Below are positions 12,640 to 22,840 of a DNA stretch of 43,758 bases, one piece after another. Source of the stretch: an uncultured delta proteobacterium (GTDB lineage: Bacteria > Desulfobacterota > Syntrophobacteria > Syntrophobacterales > Syntrophobacteraceae); assembly GCA_963808625.1 (NCBI GenBank), contig CAWEHK010000003.1:1-43758 (forward strand), read 5' to 3'. The notes below the pieces were generated by a model that saw only the letters and a list, made by a program, of their open reading frames with translations, had not been told where the DNA came from and made no database searches. The translations under genes were made by a program, and so were the position numbers. Position 1 is the first letter of the stretch. Each line of letters starts with the position of its first letter.

Positions 12640-12857
12640 TGCCCTGAAAGGGCTTGATAAAATAGCCCAGGGTCAGCGCCAGCGCCACCCTGGGGATTGT
12701 GGCCATCCCCTTTTCCCTTACCCTGAAAGGGTTAAATCAAGCATTGTGTCGGTATGTTTTATGTAACCCCTTCAGGGTAAATATTCATGTTGTACTTGGC
12801 ACCCCAGGATGGCGCTGTCGCTGACCCTGGGCTGATTTGTCGAGCCCCTTCAGGGCA
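12640..12857. repeat. REPIN/MITE-like nested inverted repeat
   Basis: Outer arms of ~55 bp (tgccctgaaagggc..cccagggtcagcg..ccctgggg and complement) with inner arms ttaccctgaaagggtta / taaccccttcagggtaa. Confidence 0.8.
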
Positions 12858-12970
12858 GAAAAGTTAGCTTGATGCATAGGCCCTTGCCCCCTGCTGGAAA
12901 CATGCAGGGGTGACAGCCGAGTTGATGCGCCCATACTCATTGAGAAGTTACTGAGGCGACCCCCAATCCC

Positions 12971-14470
12971 ATGAAATCCTCTCGAAAAGCCCTGATCGTC
13001 TTCATGCGCTACCCCGAATCCGGTCGCGTGAAAACCCGCCTGGCCGCTGCCATGGGACCGGTTGCCGCGGCCCGAACCTACGAGAAGCTTATTCGCAGGA
13101 CCCTCGGTGTTGTGGGTGATTTCAAGCGGGAACGGCCCGAAGTCGAGGTTTTCATTTATTTCACTCCCCCCGAAAAAAGACACGAACTTGAAGCAGGCTA
13201 CCCCGGACCATGGCGTTTCGCCCAGCAGCAGGGCGCCCACCTCGGAGAGCGGATGGCCGAGGCCATTCAACAAATGATGCATCAGGGTCACTCGCAGGTT
13301 GTCCTGGTGGGTACCGATCTCGCCGACCTGCAGCCCCCGGACTTCAACGAAGCTTTTCAGGCCCTTGAAAACGGTTACGCCGCATTGGGTCCCGCTGCCG
13401 ATGGCGGCTTTTACCTCATCGGTCTCGACCGCCCCTGCCCTTCCGTTTTCCAAAGCGACGCCTGGGGCACGGAGGAAATCTTTGCGAGGACCGAAGGCTT
13501 GCTTTTGAAGGCGGGATTTAGGGTAAAGCGCCTGAAAGAGAGACGCGACATCGATTATCCTGAAGACGTCCCGTTTCTTGAGACCAAACCCTGGTTCCGT
13601 GCAAGGCTCTCGGTGATCATCCCCACCCTGCGTCCAATCAACCGGCTTGCACCTTCTCTGCAAAGTCTTCAGAAACAAATCTGGCCCGAAGACGAAATTA
13701 TCGTCGTGCAGGCAGAAACGGACTTCCTTGACCTAAATAGAAGGCTACAGTGCAACGTGAACATAGACCTGACGCGTCATTCCGGTGAAAACCTTAATCC
13801 AGAACATTACCTGGATACCGGCTTTCGCCGGTATGACGATCTGAATCCGGACACTTACTTACGTGGTTCTGTACTAAGCCAGCGTGCACCGCAACCCATT
13901 GCCCCGCACATCCTTTCTGCCTTTGCTCCCCGGGGGCGAGGGCTTCAGCTCAACCGAGGAGCGGCCCTGGCCAACGGGAATCTCCTCTTTTTCCTCCACG
14001 ATGACAGCCTTCCGCCCCCAAATTTCGCCTACTCCATCCGTAAAATTTGCGAAGCATCAGACGTCAGCCTCGGTTGTTTTCGGCTCGCCTTTTCTCCATC
14101 AACTCCATTGTTGGACGGGATCGCCCGGTGGGCCAACTCTCGCACCCGCGTATTCGGCCTCCCGTACGGTGACCAAGGACTCTTCTGTCGTCGTGACATC
14201 TACGAAAAAGCGGGAGGCTTCAAGAAACCGTTCCTGATGGAAGACGTCGATTTTGTCCGCCACTGCCGCCACTTGGGACGCTTTATCATGCTTCCGGACA
14301 GCATCGCGACCTCTCCTGAGAGATACCTCCACCGAGGAACCCTTCGCGCCTCCCTGCGAAATCATCTGACGATGCTCCTTTATCACCTCGGCGTCAGTGA
14401 TAAGAGACTTTATTCATTCTACTATGGCAGCGCTCCCTCTTCACCGGCACGGAGCGATCTCCCGACTTGA
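12971..14470 (+). CDS. Fused TIGR04282-type (DUF2064) and TIGR04283-type (GT2) glycosyltransferase
   Basis: N-half: GRVKTRLA, QQGAHLGERM, LGPAADGGFYLIG, RDIDYPED. C-half: LSVIIPTL, GRGLQLNRGA, FLHDD, PYGDQGLF, LMEDV. Confidence 0.88.
   Translation: MKSSRKALIVFMRYPESGRVKTRLAAAMGPVAAARTYEKLIRRTLGVVGDFKRERPEVEVFIYFTPPEKRHELEAGYPGPWRFAQQQGAHLGERMAEAIQQMMHQGHSQVVLVGTDLADLQPPDFNEAFQALENGYAALGPAADGGFYLIGLDRPCPSVFQSDAWGTEEIFARTEGLLLKAGFRVKRLKERRDIDYPEDVPFLETKPWFRARLSVIIPTLRPINRLAPSLQSLQKQIWPEDEIIVVQAETDFLDLNRRLQCNVNIDLTRHSGENLNPEHYLDTGFRRYDDLNPDTYLRGSVLSQRAPQPIAPHILSAFAPRGRGLQLNRGAALANGNLLFFLHDDSLPPPNFAYSIRKICEASDVSLGCFRLAFSPSTPLLDGIARWANSRTRVFGLPYGDQGLFCRRDIYEKAGGFKKPFLMEDVDFVRHCRHLGRFIMLPDSIATSPERYLHRGTLRASLRNHLTMLLYHLGVSDKRLYSFYYGSAPSSPARSDLPT
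13775..13838. repeat. Palindromic GTCATTCC..GGWATGAC element inserted in frame in the glycosyltransferase
   Basis: cgtcattccggtgaaaaccttaatccag..ctggataccggctttcgccggtatgacg; same family as the intergenic copies at 36673 and 40400. Confidence 0.75.
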
Positions 14471-14604
14471 GATCGCGTTCTTCGCGGTAAAGCACTACCA
14501 TTGCCTCCTCGGCAGCGGTGCCGGCGGTATAAAGGATCTGTAATGCGTCGCCGAAGTCGCCCAATTTGGTCCGACCAAGCACATCCACGTGTGCATAAGC
14601 CTGT

Positions 14605-14959
14605 CGTACATAGACCTTGCGAAGCCAGCCCTTTTCGCCTATCCTTCAGGTGACGGTCACCATGGAAGCGGAGCAACTTTCCTTTTTGCAAGAGCACAGT
14701 TGCTTGGCACAGGGAATACTTGTGCCTGCGGATCTTGTTGGATACTCGACGCAACTCACCTTGGCCAACACCCTTCCCGCACCGGTCGTTTTATTCAAGA
14801 CGTCGGTACTGGGCTAACACATTGAAACCAAAATAGAAAGGCAGAATAGGATAAGCCTGTATCGTTAAGGAATACGGTATTTAGGCCGTCTAGTTTATGT
14901 CTTTCTGGCTACCATATCATTTGTAACGATAGCCAGAACTGGACAATCAATTGTTGGGC
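14605..14959 (+). other. Conserved non-coding leader ending in an attI-like site (copy A, filled)
   Basis: Collinear homology to 29005-29408; ends tggacaatcaattG/TTGGGC, immediately followed by an attC-bounded ORF. Confidence 0.7.
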
Positions 14960-14995
14960 GCACGCTATTGCGAATTGACAATCGGGAGTTCCATC

Positions 14996-15493
14996 ATGCC
15001 AGAAGATCCACACGAATCCACAAAGCTCCAAAAGGATGTTCTCTGGGGTTTGTATCTCGAATATCGAACTCATGCGCGGCATAGCGAGACGTTGCGTTCA
15101 AACGTGAACAACAATCTACTGCTGGCAGCCTCCGGACTTACAGCAGTCATAGCAGTTGGCCAAGGAATTGATCACAACGACTGGCCCCTGTCGGTGCTCA
15201 TGATTCTTCTCGGCCTAATTGGAGCATTGTTTTCGGCCTCGTATACCGAGCGCTATCACCGAAACAGGGAGAGAGCGTCAGAAGTGAAGAATCAGATTGA
15301 CTCTTTGTTATTCGTTGGCCACACGCAACGAACGATGAAAGACCTTCAGGTAAGTGCAGATCGACAGCACTATGACAACGCACGCCATAGATGGATACGC
15401 CGCAGTACCAGTGCGCATTGGTTTTGGCTTGTTTTTCCACTCATGGTTGCCCTACTCGGCGCTGTTCTTACCGTTTTGTCGTTCGCCCTCTAA
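14996..15493 (+). CDS. Hypothetical 3-TM membrane protein in an integron gene cassette
   Basis: 165 aa, GGGAG RBS, three hydrophobic stretches, lower GC than core genes; flanked by GTTGGGC and an attC site. Confidence 0.75.
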   Translation: MPEDPHESTKLQKDVLWGLYLEYRTHARHSETLRSNVNNNLLLAASGLTAVIAVGQGIDHNDWPLSVLMILLGLIGALFSASYTERYHRNRERASEVKNQIDSLLFVGHTQRTMKDLQVSADRQHYDNARHRWIRRSTSAHWFWLVFPLMVALLGAVLTVLSFAL

Positions 15494-15512
15494 AGGCACG
15501 CCGTAACTGGCC

Positions 15513-15600
15513 GCCCAACGAATGCGTCAACCGGACGCGGGGGGCTACGTGGTCGCATTTTCCTGAAGTCCTTGGCCCCGCACCGGTTACGCTGTTGGGC
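15513..15600 (+). other. attC site
   Basis: R'' GCCCAAC and R' GTTGGGC; gcgtCaaccggAcgcgggg pairs with ccccgcaccggttacgc leaving two extrahelical bases. The L'-R' spacer is ~4 nt shorter than canonical. Confidence 0.8.
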
Positions 15601-15610
15601 ACAAGGGCTG

Positions 15611-15679
15611 GTGCGTTCTGCGTTGGATCTGCGTTGCTGTGTTGGGTCGGGCTGCGTTCTGCGTTGGGTCGGGCCAAGC
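15611..15679 (+). repeat. Stuttered CTGCGTT repeats interleaved with GGGTCGGGCCAAG element-end pieces
   Basis: About 6 copies of (c)tgcgtt mixed with gga, g, gggtcggg and finally gggtcgggccaagc. Confidence 0.75.
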
Positions 15680-15786
15680 TAAGTGATTTATGTTTCAGGA
15701 AAACTTACAGGACAAAGGGTTTTCTTAATCTTAGAAGTGCATTTTTGGTGGGGAAATTGAATCCTTGAGGCCAAGAGCAAAAGGAT

Positions 15787-15977
15787 ATGGCGAGAACCAA
15801 ACGGCACTTCCCGTCCGCGTATGCCTGGCATTTAATTCATCGGTGCTACAAGAAGGAATGATCCTGAAGCTCGCAAGGGACCGCGGCTGATGGCTCTGCT
15901 GGCTGTTCGAGGCAAAGAAACGGTATGGACTACGTACTCTGAACTATGTGGTCACATGACAAGCACATCCATTTGCA
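15787..15977 (+). pseudogene. RAYT/IS200-like HUH transposase 5' fragment
   Basis: MARTKRHF..WHLIHRCYKKE*..WLFEAKKRYGLRTLNYVVT..HIHL with stops and frameshifts. Confidence 0.8.
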
Positions 15978-16056
15978 ACTTGACCATTCCGCCGGGTTGC
16001 AGGTTTCGCATTGGTCAGCCCGGATCCGATCCGTTGAACGAGAGGAGTCACGGCAA

Positions 16057-16296
16057 TTGTCACCAACTATCCTAAAGACTGGTCCGTATAGGTTTTATTT
16101 TGTCAGTCACGACCTGCACGAACCCCCTCACGTGCACATTGATCGTGACGACCTTTCTGCGAAATTCTGGCTTAAGCCTGTCAGGTTGGCATTCAATATT
16201 GGTTTTTCGGCCAGAGAATTACGCATACTGGAGGCACTTACCACGGAACATCAGCAACAGCTCTTGGAGGCATGGTATGGTTACTTCGGAACTTAA
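16057..16296 (+). CDS. DUF4160 family protein (putative toxin)
   Basis: PTILKTGPYRFYFVSHDLHEPPHVHI..AKFWL; TTG start after AGGAG. Confidence 0.85.
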   Translation: MSPTILKTGPYRFYFVSHDLHEPPHVHIDRDDLSAKFWLKPVRLAFNIGFSARELRILEALTTEHQQQLLEAWYGYFGT

Positions 16297-16552
16297 AGCC
16301 GGTGAACGAGTCAGAGATGTCCGCTTCACCGAAGACACAATCAGCGTAGACCTTGCCGATGGACGCACCATAACGGTTCCTTTGGTTTGGTACCCTCGCC
16401 TTCTCCATGCAACCACCCAGCAGAGGGAGAAGTGGCGAATATCTGGGGCTGGCTACTGCATTCACTGGCCGGATATTGATGAAGACTTAAGCACCCAAGG
16501 CCTGCTCCAGGGCGCGCCTGCGCCTCACAACGCAAGAGAAGTCGCAGCTTAA
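16277..16552 (+). CDS. DUF2442 family protein (putative antitoxin)
   Basis: VDLADGRTITVPLVWYPRL..IHWPDIDEDLS; overlaps the DUF4160 gene. Confidence 0.88.
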   Translation: MVTSELKAGERVRDVRFTEDTISVDLADGRTITVPLVWYPRLLHATTQQREKWRISGAGYCIHWPDIDEDLSTQGLLQGAPAPHNAREVAA

Positions 16553-16570
16553 GGTCGGTAAAGAACCATG

Positions 16571-16660
16571 GGCGAAGGATGCACTCAACCCGACGGCGGG
16601 TGCAGAGCTGCAGTTACCAGTGAGACCTGGGTGCGCCGCCGGCTATCGTGATTGTTGAAT
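16571..16660 (+). other. Degenerate attC-like site
   Basis: gcactcaacccgacggcg..cgccgccggctatcgtgattGTTGAAT shortly after the TA pair; R'' box eroded. Confidence 0.4.
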
Positions 16661-16722
16661 CTGCGCACGAATTCGGCTATGGCGAGTCACAGGCTTGCGG
16701 CATAATCTGGAGAGGGTCACCG

Positions 16723-16810
16723 ATGAAGAAACGTAAATTGCTATAGAAATTGCTATTCGGCTCCAAGAACATCCGGTTTTCGGAAGCAGTGACCTGTGCC
16801 AAGGCATTCC
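16723..16810 (+). pseudogene. HicA-like toxin 5' fragment (copy 1)
   Basis: MKKRKLL*KLLFGSKNIRFSEAVTCAKAF, ending just before ggggtcggaccaagg. Confidence 0.6.
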
Positions 16811-17161
16811 CATCGGCGGGGTCGGACCAAGGCAAGTGCTTGCCCCTTCGAGGATTATGCTCCTGGGTTTCATGGTAAGTACTTGAAATCACAGGACCAC
16901 TTTTCGGAAAACAGGCTCATTTTCAGGCCCATGGAGGGTGGTATTGACACTCTCATGTAGAACGGGATCAGACTGCTCTCGGGACTATGCGGATATAAGG
17001 ACACGGCATCATAGCTGAAGTCCATGTTCCACAATAATGACCTCATAGTAACCGCGCGCTTCCAGTTGGACCGTTAGCTGGTCGATCCTCAACGAAGATG
17101 CCCTCATCACTTTCCAGGGGAGAAATGTGATATATTGTGAACCAATCCCAGAGGGTCACCG

Positions 17162-17213
17162 ACGAAGAAGCGCAAATTGCTGCAGAAATTGCTTTCCGGC
17201 TCGAAGAACATTA
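17162..17213 (+). pseudogene. HicA-like toxin 5' fragment (copy 2)
   Basis: (ACG)KKRKLLQKLLSGSKNI, with the same agagggtcaccga leader as copy 1. Confidence 0.55.
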
Positions 17214-17302
17214 TCCGGACGTCAGAGGGCCGGACGCCGGACAGGGTTGAATTTTCCTCCAGCACTGCGGGTAGAGGCAGTGGCTGGTTGAAGGGATTGC
17301 GC

Positions 17303-18630
17303 TCAGGGGGAGTCCCCCCAGGGCGTTCTCGTGCCCATTTCCAGCAGCCACTGCCATACGGGGACAACGTCGATTTTCCCGCCGTCCACGGCAATGGACT
17401 CCGATTCATCAAAGGTGAGAATCGTCCCTTTTTTGAGCTTGAATTCCCTCATGGCCTCAAGAAGGCCCTCAATCTCCCTTTTTCTCGTGCCGGCATCCTT
17501 CAGGGAATAACTCACCTGTATGGCGTCCCTGACGGCCTTGCCCTCTTTCACGATGAAATCGCATTCCTTTTTTCCCTTCCAGTAATAGCACTCCAGGCCT
17601 CCTCGTCTTGAACCCGGCAAAAACCGCATTTTCGAGGAGCCTGCCCGCGTCTTCCGAAAACTTGAAGGAAACGGCGTTAATGAATCCGTTGTCCACACAG
17701 TAGGCCTTTCTTGGATAGGTTATCTGTTTCTTCAAACTGTATGAAAAATGATTGAAGCCGAAGAGGAGATAGACATCTTCGAGATAACCGATATACTCCT
17801 CAAGGGTATGCGCGTTGACATCAAGGAGCCCGGAAAGGTTCTTGACGCTGAATGAGGCCGTCGCGTTGCTCATCAGATAATGCGCGGCTTTTTCGTATTG
17901 TTTCGTCCGCCGTATGGCATATCTCCTGATGACGTCCCTCGTCAGAATGCCATTGTAGTATTCCTTCAAAAGAGCGGATCTTCAGCTTTGTGTTTTCCTC
18001 GTTGACAACCTCGGGAAAACCTCCGTACAAAAGGTATTCGCTGAAGGCGTGCCGTATCTGCGCTTTCCTGCTTATGATGGCGGGCAACGAGAAATCCGTG
18101 AGAATGCCCCTGTGCTTCACAATTTCCCGAAAAGAGAAGGGATAGACCTCATGCGGAATCGTCCTCCCGGTCAGGAGCGTTGCATATTCCCCTTTCAACA
18201 GGGAGGAGTTTGATCCCGTGACAACGATTTTCAAACCCCGTACGCCGTCGTAGAGCTTCCTCAGGTCCTTCTGCCAGCCCTCAATCTCCTGGACCTCATC
18301 AAGGAAGAGATGAACCTTGCCGGAAGGGTTCATGAACGCGAGATACTTCTCGTAAAGATCATACAACGATGCGTCCTTGAAGGCACGGATCTTCGAGGTT
18401 GAGATGGAGGATATTGCGGGCGGGAACGTCCTCTTTCAGCAGAAGATCGATAAGGAGATGCAGCATGGTCGTCTTGCCGCTTCTCCTGACGCCGCTGATC
18501 GTGAGTATCTCTTTCCTCCCGAAAAGCTGTCTTCAGAAACGATAAGTCGTCTCTTTCACTGGGCTTTCAGCCAGTCTTTTTCTCCAACCCACCATGGATT
18601 CCAGAAAACAAAAGCGTCATAGAATGTCAT
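17303..18630 (-). CDS. AAA_14 plus DUF4143 ATP-binding protein (frameshifted)
   Basis: MTFYDAFVFWNPWW, FLDEVQ, VTGSNS, YGGFPEV, KAYCVDNGF, ECDFIV..AIQVS. Confidence 0.85.
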
Positions 18631-18946
18631 TTTCTATCTCCATATCAATGATATATGAAGCATTATACCGCTCCATATTTGCAATGTAAAGGCTTTGTTG
18701 CTGTTTCGCTCCTCGCCGTATCAATTGTCCGGCAAGGAATGCCGGTCATCGCCTCCTGCATGGCGCCGCAGGCGTCAAGCGAGAAGATCGAGAAAAGAAC
18801 CCATTCGCGTTCTTCAACGCGACCGCTTCGTCTTATACGTATCTACGATCATGATCGAACTACCGTCATATTGACAACGCAGAAATCAACACCATAATTC
18901 AAAGGGCTTGTTTGACAAAGGAATGATGAAATGGAGGGCATTCTAA

Positions 18947-19616
18947 ATGGCCAATTATGTTTTGATTCATGGTGGCAACATGGCTACAGAAACCTGGAAT
19001 AGACTTGTCCAAAGGAATGACTATCCGCCCGGAGGCCATTTGGGCGCCAAGTATTGGGATGGGACCGTTTCTGTTCTCACGGCACATAATCACCGCGTTT
19101 TTGCGCCGACACTCAAGGATGAACACAGCTGCAATCTGACTGGCCATATTGAACAAATCTGCATGCTGATAACCGAAAACGATCTCAGGGATGTAATCCT
19201 GGTCGGGCACAGTTACGGCGGGATGGTTATTACCGGGGTCGCCGCCAAAATGGCGGACAGAATCAGCCGTTTGGTATACGTTGATGCCGCATTGCCAGAT
19301 CCGGGACAATCACTGTTTGACGTTATTGTTTCCGCGTGGTTGCGACCCCATGTCGTTTGCCGGATTGGAACCGGCTGCGGCTTATGTGGAAAAACTGCAG
19401 TTTGACGCCCAGAAAATAAAACGGTTGCCTAAAACCTATATTCTCTGCACTGAAAGCGAGTTTGCATCCGTGACGCATGTCGCCAGGCAGAAAATTGCCG
19501 CCGCCGGAAAAGAATGGACCTACCTGGAGTTGCCGACATCCCACGTGCCGATGGCCACCATGCCGGACAAGTTTACGCAATTATTGCTGGAAGCCGGAAT
19601 ACAATACCAACAGTAG
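18947..19616 (+). CDS. Alpha/beta hydrolase (esterase; frameshift near 19335)
   Basis: VLIHGG, GHSYGG nucleophile elbow, LPTSHVPM His motif. Confidence 0.88.
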
Positions 19617-21366
19617 GGACAACTCCCATGCTTTCAGAAACGACAATCCGGACTTCAAGGGTTGTGGGAGGAGGCCTTAATGAGTATCAACGTCATTCAG
19701 CCGGCCGCCAAATGCCGCAATGAGAATTGCTGCTGTTACTTCTTTACTTCTTGTTGTTTATGTCAAGGGTTTGATATCCTCCTGCAAAAAGTTTGCAAGG
19801 AGGACAGGGATGTCAGGGATGTTTCTCAGCTATCGTCGGGATGATTCCGCGGGTTACGCCGGTCGATTAGGAAACGATTTGAGGGAGCACTTTGGCCCAG
19901 ACCGCGTTTTCATGGATATCGAAACTATAGAACCTGGCCTAGATTTTGTTGAAGCAATTGATAAGGCAGCAGAATCATGTGATGTTCTATTAGTTGTAAT
20001 CGGGAGACAATGGCTCGCCGCTGTTGATGCGAAAGGCCAGCGTCGGCTTGATGATCCAAACGACTATGTACGGGTAGAGATCTCGACTGCGCTAAAACGG
20101 AAGATTCGTGTGATTCCAATCCTTCTTCAGAATGCTTCTATGCCAAGCCCAGAGGATCTTCCAGAGGACTTAGTATTCCTCACACGAAGGCACGCGATTG
20201 AGGTCGCAGATACTCGTTGGAAGTACGACATACAACGCTTGATCGAGACCCTGGAAAAAGTGCTAGGAGTGCCACATAAGGGACAGGCAAAGCCATCTCT
20301 AGATTCCTCCCCGCCACCCCTAGCCCGACTTTACCGCGTTCGGGATGACATTACGGCTAACCACTCATTATCACAAAGAAAATTAAACACAATACGTATG
20401 ACCTAACAAATGTAGGCGAAATACTTATCAGAGCTCGCCATATTATCCTTTATTTAAAGCTTTTTAAAAAAAGTAATTGACACGATGTGGTGCATAATGT
20501 ATGACCTAATTAATGGCAAGCTTAACTAAAAAAATTATCCGCGGGCAGACTTATTACTACGCCCGCGAATGTCAACGCGTCGACGGCAAGCCCAAGATCG
20601 TTTGGCAGAAGTATCTTGGTCGCCTCAACGATATCCTCGCGGCTGCGGCTATGCGCAACCACGCGATCTCGCTTCCCCAACCCGAACGGGAGGGACTGTT
20701 GGTCGAGCTCGGGGCCACTGCTGCCTTGTACGATCTCTCAGCACGCATGAACCTGAGCGTCCTCATTGATCGACAGGTTCCCAAACGCGGCAACGGTCCT
20801 TCGGTCGGCACCTATCTCCTGGTGGCTATCCTTAACCGTTGTGTGGACCCGCGAAGCAAAGCCCAGATAGCTGAATGGTTCGATAAGACCATACTCCACC
20901 GTCTGATCGACATCCGAAGCAGTCAACTGACGAGTCAACGCTACTGGGACAACATGGACCGGCTTTCGGCCGAGGCCATGTTGGCGATTGAGGCTGAGTT
21001 GACGGTCCGAGTAGTGGAACAGTTCCAACTCAACGTGCGCCGGCTCCTGTTCGATGCCACCAACTTCTTCACGTTTATCGACACCTTCAACAACAAATCA
21101 ACCCTGGCGCAGCGGGGTAAGAGCAAGGAAGGACGGAGCTCCCTTCGCATCGTGGGGGTAGCGCTCTTGGTGACCGCCGACTTTCATGTGCCGTTGTTCC
21201 ATCACACGTATCCCGGAAACCAGCCCGATGCCCCTACTTTCGCCGGTCTCACAGAGGCGGTGGTTGCCCGCTGCAATCGCTTCGTAGAAGGCGTTGAGGA
21301 CGTCACTCTCATCTTCGACAAAGGCAACAACTCTCAGGACAATCTCCGTGCCGTCGACGTTTGGAC

Positions 21367-21600
21367 TTAGCGCCCTTCGGGCGGACTTTTGATCCCGGTG
21401 TATTGCATAGTCTCCCGGTTACAGCCAGGACACCCAATAACAGGCATAACTACTTCTCTTCCCTCAAACTCGGCAAAGCCAAGCTCGAAATCGATGATCG
21501 CCTCGTTGACCCACACTTCACACCCGCACAGGGAACAGCGATAATTGTACTCCTCCGGAGGGGGGCCAAAGGGAATATCCTCCCCATCCTGAAGTTCCAT
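21367..21600 (-). CDS. Small CxxC..CxxC zinc-finger passenger protein of the IS91-like element
   Basis: 77 aa with CSLCG and CPGCN; overlaps the transposase 3' end. Confidence 0.55.
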   Translation of the reverse strand: MELQDGEDIPFGPPPEEYNYRCSLCGCEVWVNEAIIDFELGFAEFEGREVVMPVIGCPGCNRETMQYTGIKSPPEGR

Positions 21601-22840
21601 CTCTGTTCTTAGCGATTCTTTCGTATTTGCCCGCTTTGAGGTTTTCCCACTCATCGTAGATCGTCCCGTACTTGGGGTGCCATATCTTCCAGAGATCCAT
21701 CTCCCGACCACAGAATCTGCAAATCAGCGGATCTCAACCGCTCATCTCCTGGAACCTTTCACGATACTTCTTGGATGCAACCACCTCATAAGTACCCTTG
21801 ATAACTCGCCCTACCCTACGTAATCCTTCCCTAATCACCTCCACCCATTTCTTGAAGGTCTTCGTTGCTTGCAGACCATAGTAGCGGAGCCGCTGAAATC
21901 CTTTCGGAAAAATATGTTGAACCATCCGTCCAATGAAGGTCATCACGTTGACCGTGACCACTTCTTTTTTCTTTGTCTGGTGATCCTTGTACCAGTACGT
22001 CACTTCCTGACCGGTGTAGCCCATGATCCGTCTTACGGCTATCGGAGGAGAGGCAACATATTTGGCCAGGTATTTGGCCAAGCCTCGGCATTGCTCTGGA
22101 ACTTTTCCTTTGGTCACATGGGCAACAAGTCCTCTCGGGTACTTCTTCCAGAGAGCATCAATCAAGGACCTCATCTCCGTCGTTGGAACCATCTCCTTAA
22201 GCATCTTGAAGAGATGATATTGCCACTTCTTGTGGATGATCTCATACGGAAAATACCCCAACTCCACCCACTTACCCGTCTCTTCGTTGACCCCTCCACT
22301 GCTCATGATAATGTGAAGATGCGGATTATAGTGCCCAGACCGACCATGAGTTTGCACCACACCGATCGCTCCAATCTTCACCTGCTGCCTCACCGCGCAG
22401 CTCACCACATCTTCAAGGCACTCATACCCACAACGCATCAGTGCCGACAAGAGCTTCCCCTCATGCCGATCTCGATAGAAGATAATCCGTTGTTGCTCAG
22501 GAACCGTCAGGATCATATGACGGTATCTCACTCCAGGCTGCAATACACGGCTGACCTGCGCCACAAAATCATCCGTGTATCCTTTGCAACACGACAAACA
22601 AAAGCAACTCTTACAGGTAAAGGCAATCCGCCGCATATCCTTCCCGCAACAGGTGCACAGGTATTCGCTGTATCCTCCCGCTTCCTTTCCACAACCCAAC
22701 ATCTTTTGCACCACCTCTTCGTAATACCCTCCAGCATACGGCGGATGGCGCTCTTTGAACTCGATCCAATGTTCCTCGAATATCTGACGGAAGATGTTCC
22801 GATCAATCGCTTCTACCCTCTCCCCCTACTCTCGGTCCAC
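21518..22840 (-). pseudogene. IS91-family (Y2 HUH) transposase with in-frame stops
   Basis: Zn motif CTCC..CKSCFCLSC, HYNPHLH (HUH), YLAKY, FQRLRYYG. In-frame TGA at 21734-21736 precedes DPLICRFCG; TAG near the 5' end. Confidence 0.88.

Noticed and set aside
14422..14900. Possible divergent intI remnant in the leader
   Set aside because: The minus-strand frames I translated for both leaders show no recognisable tyrosine-recombinase motif; cannot be fully excluded without TBLASTN.
20401..20407. ACCTAAC after the TIR ORF (and GCCTAAC near 24111) as attC R'' boxes
   Set aside because: The first lies inside the IS1634 left end; neither has a pairing L'/R' arm.
21734..21736. In-frame TGA as selenocysteine in the IS91 transposase
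   Set aside because: It sits where Arg (RDPL, CGA to TGA) is expected, and another stop occurs near the 5' end; ordinary decay is more likely.
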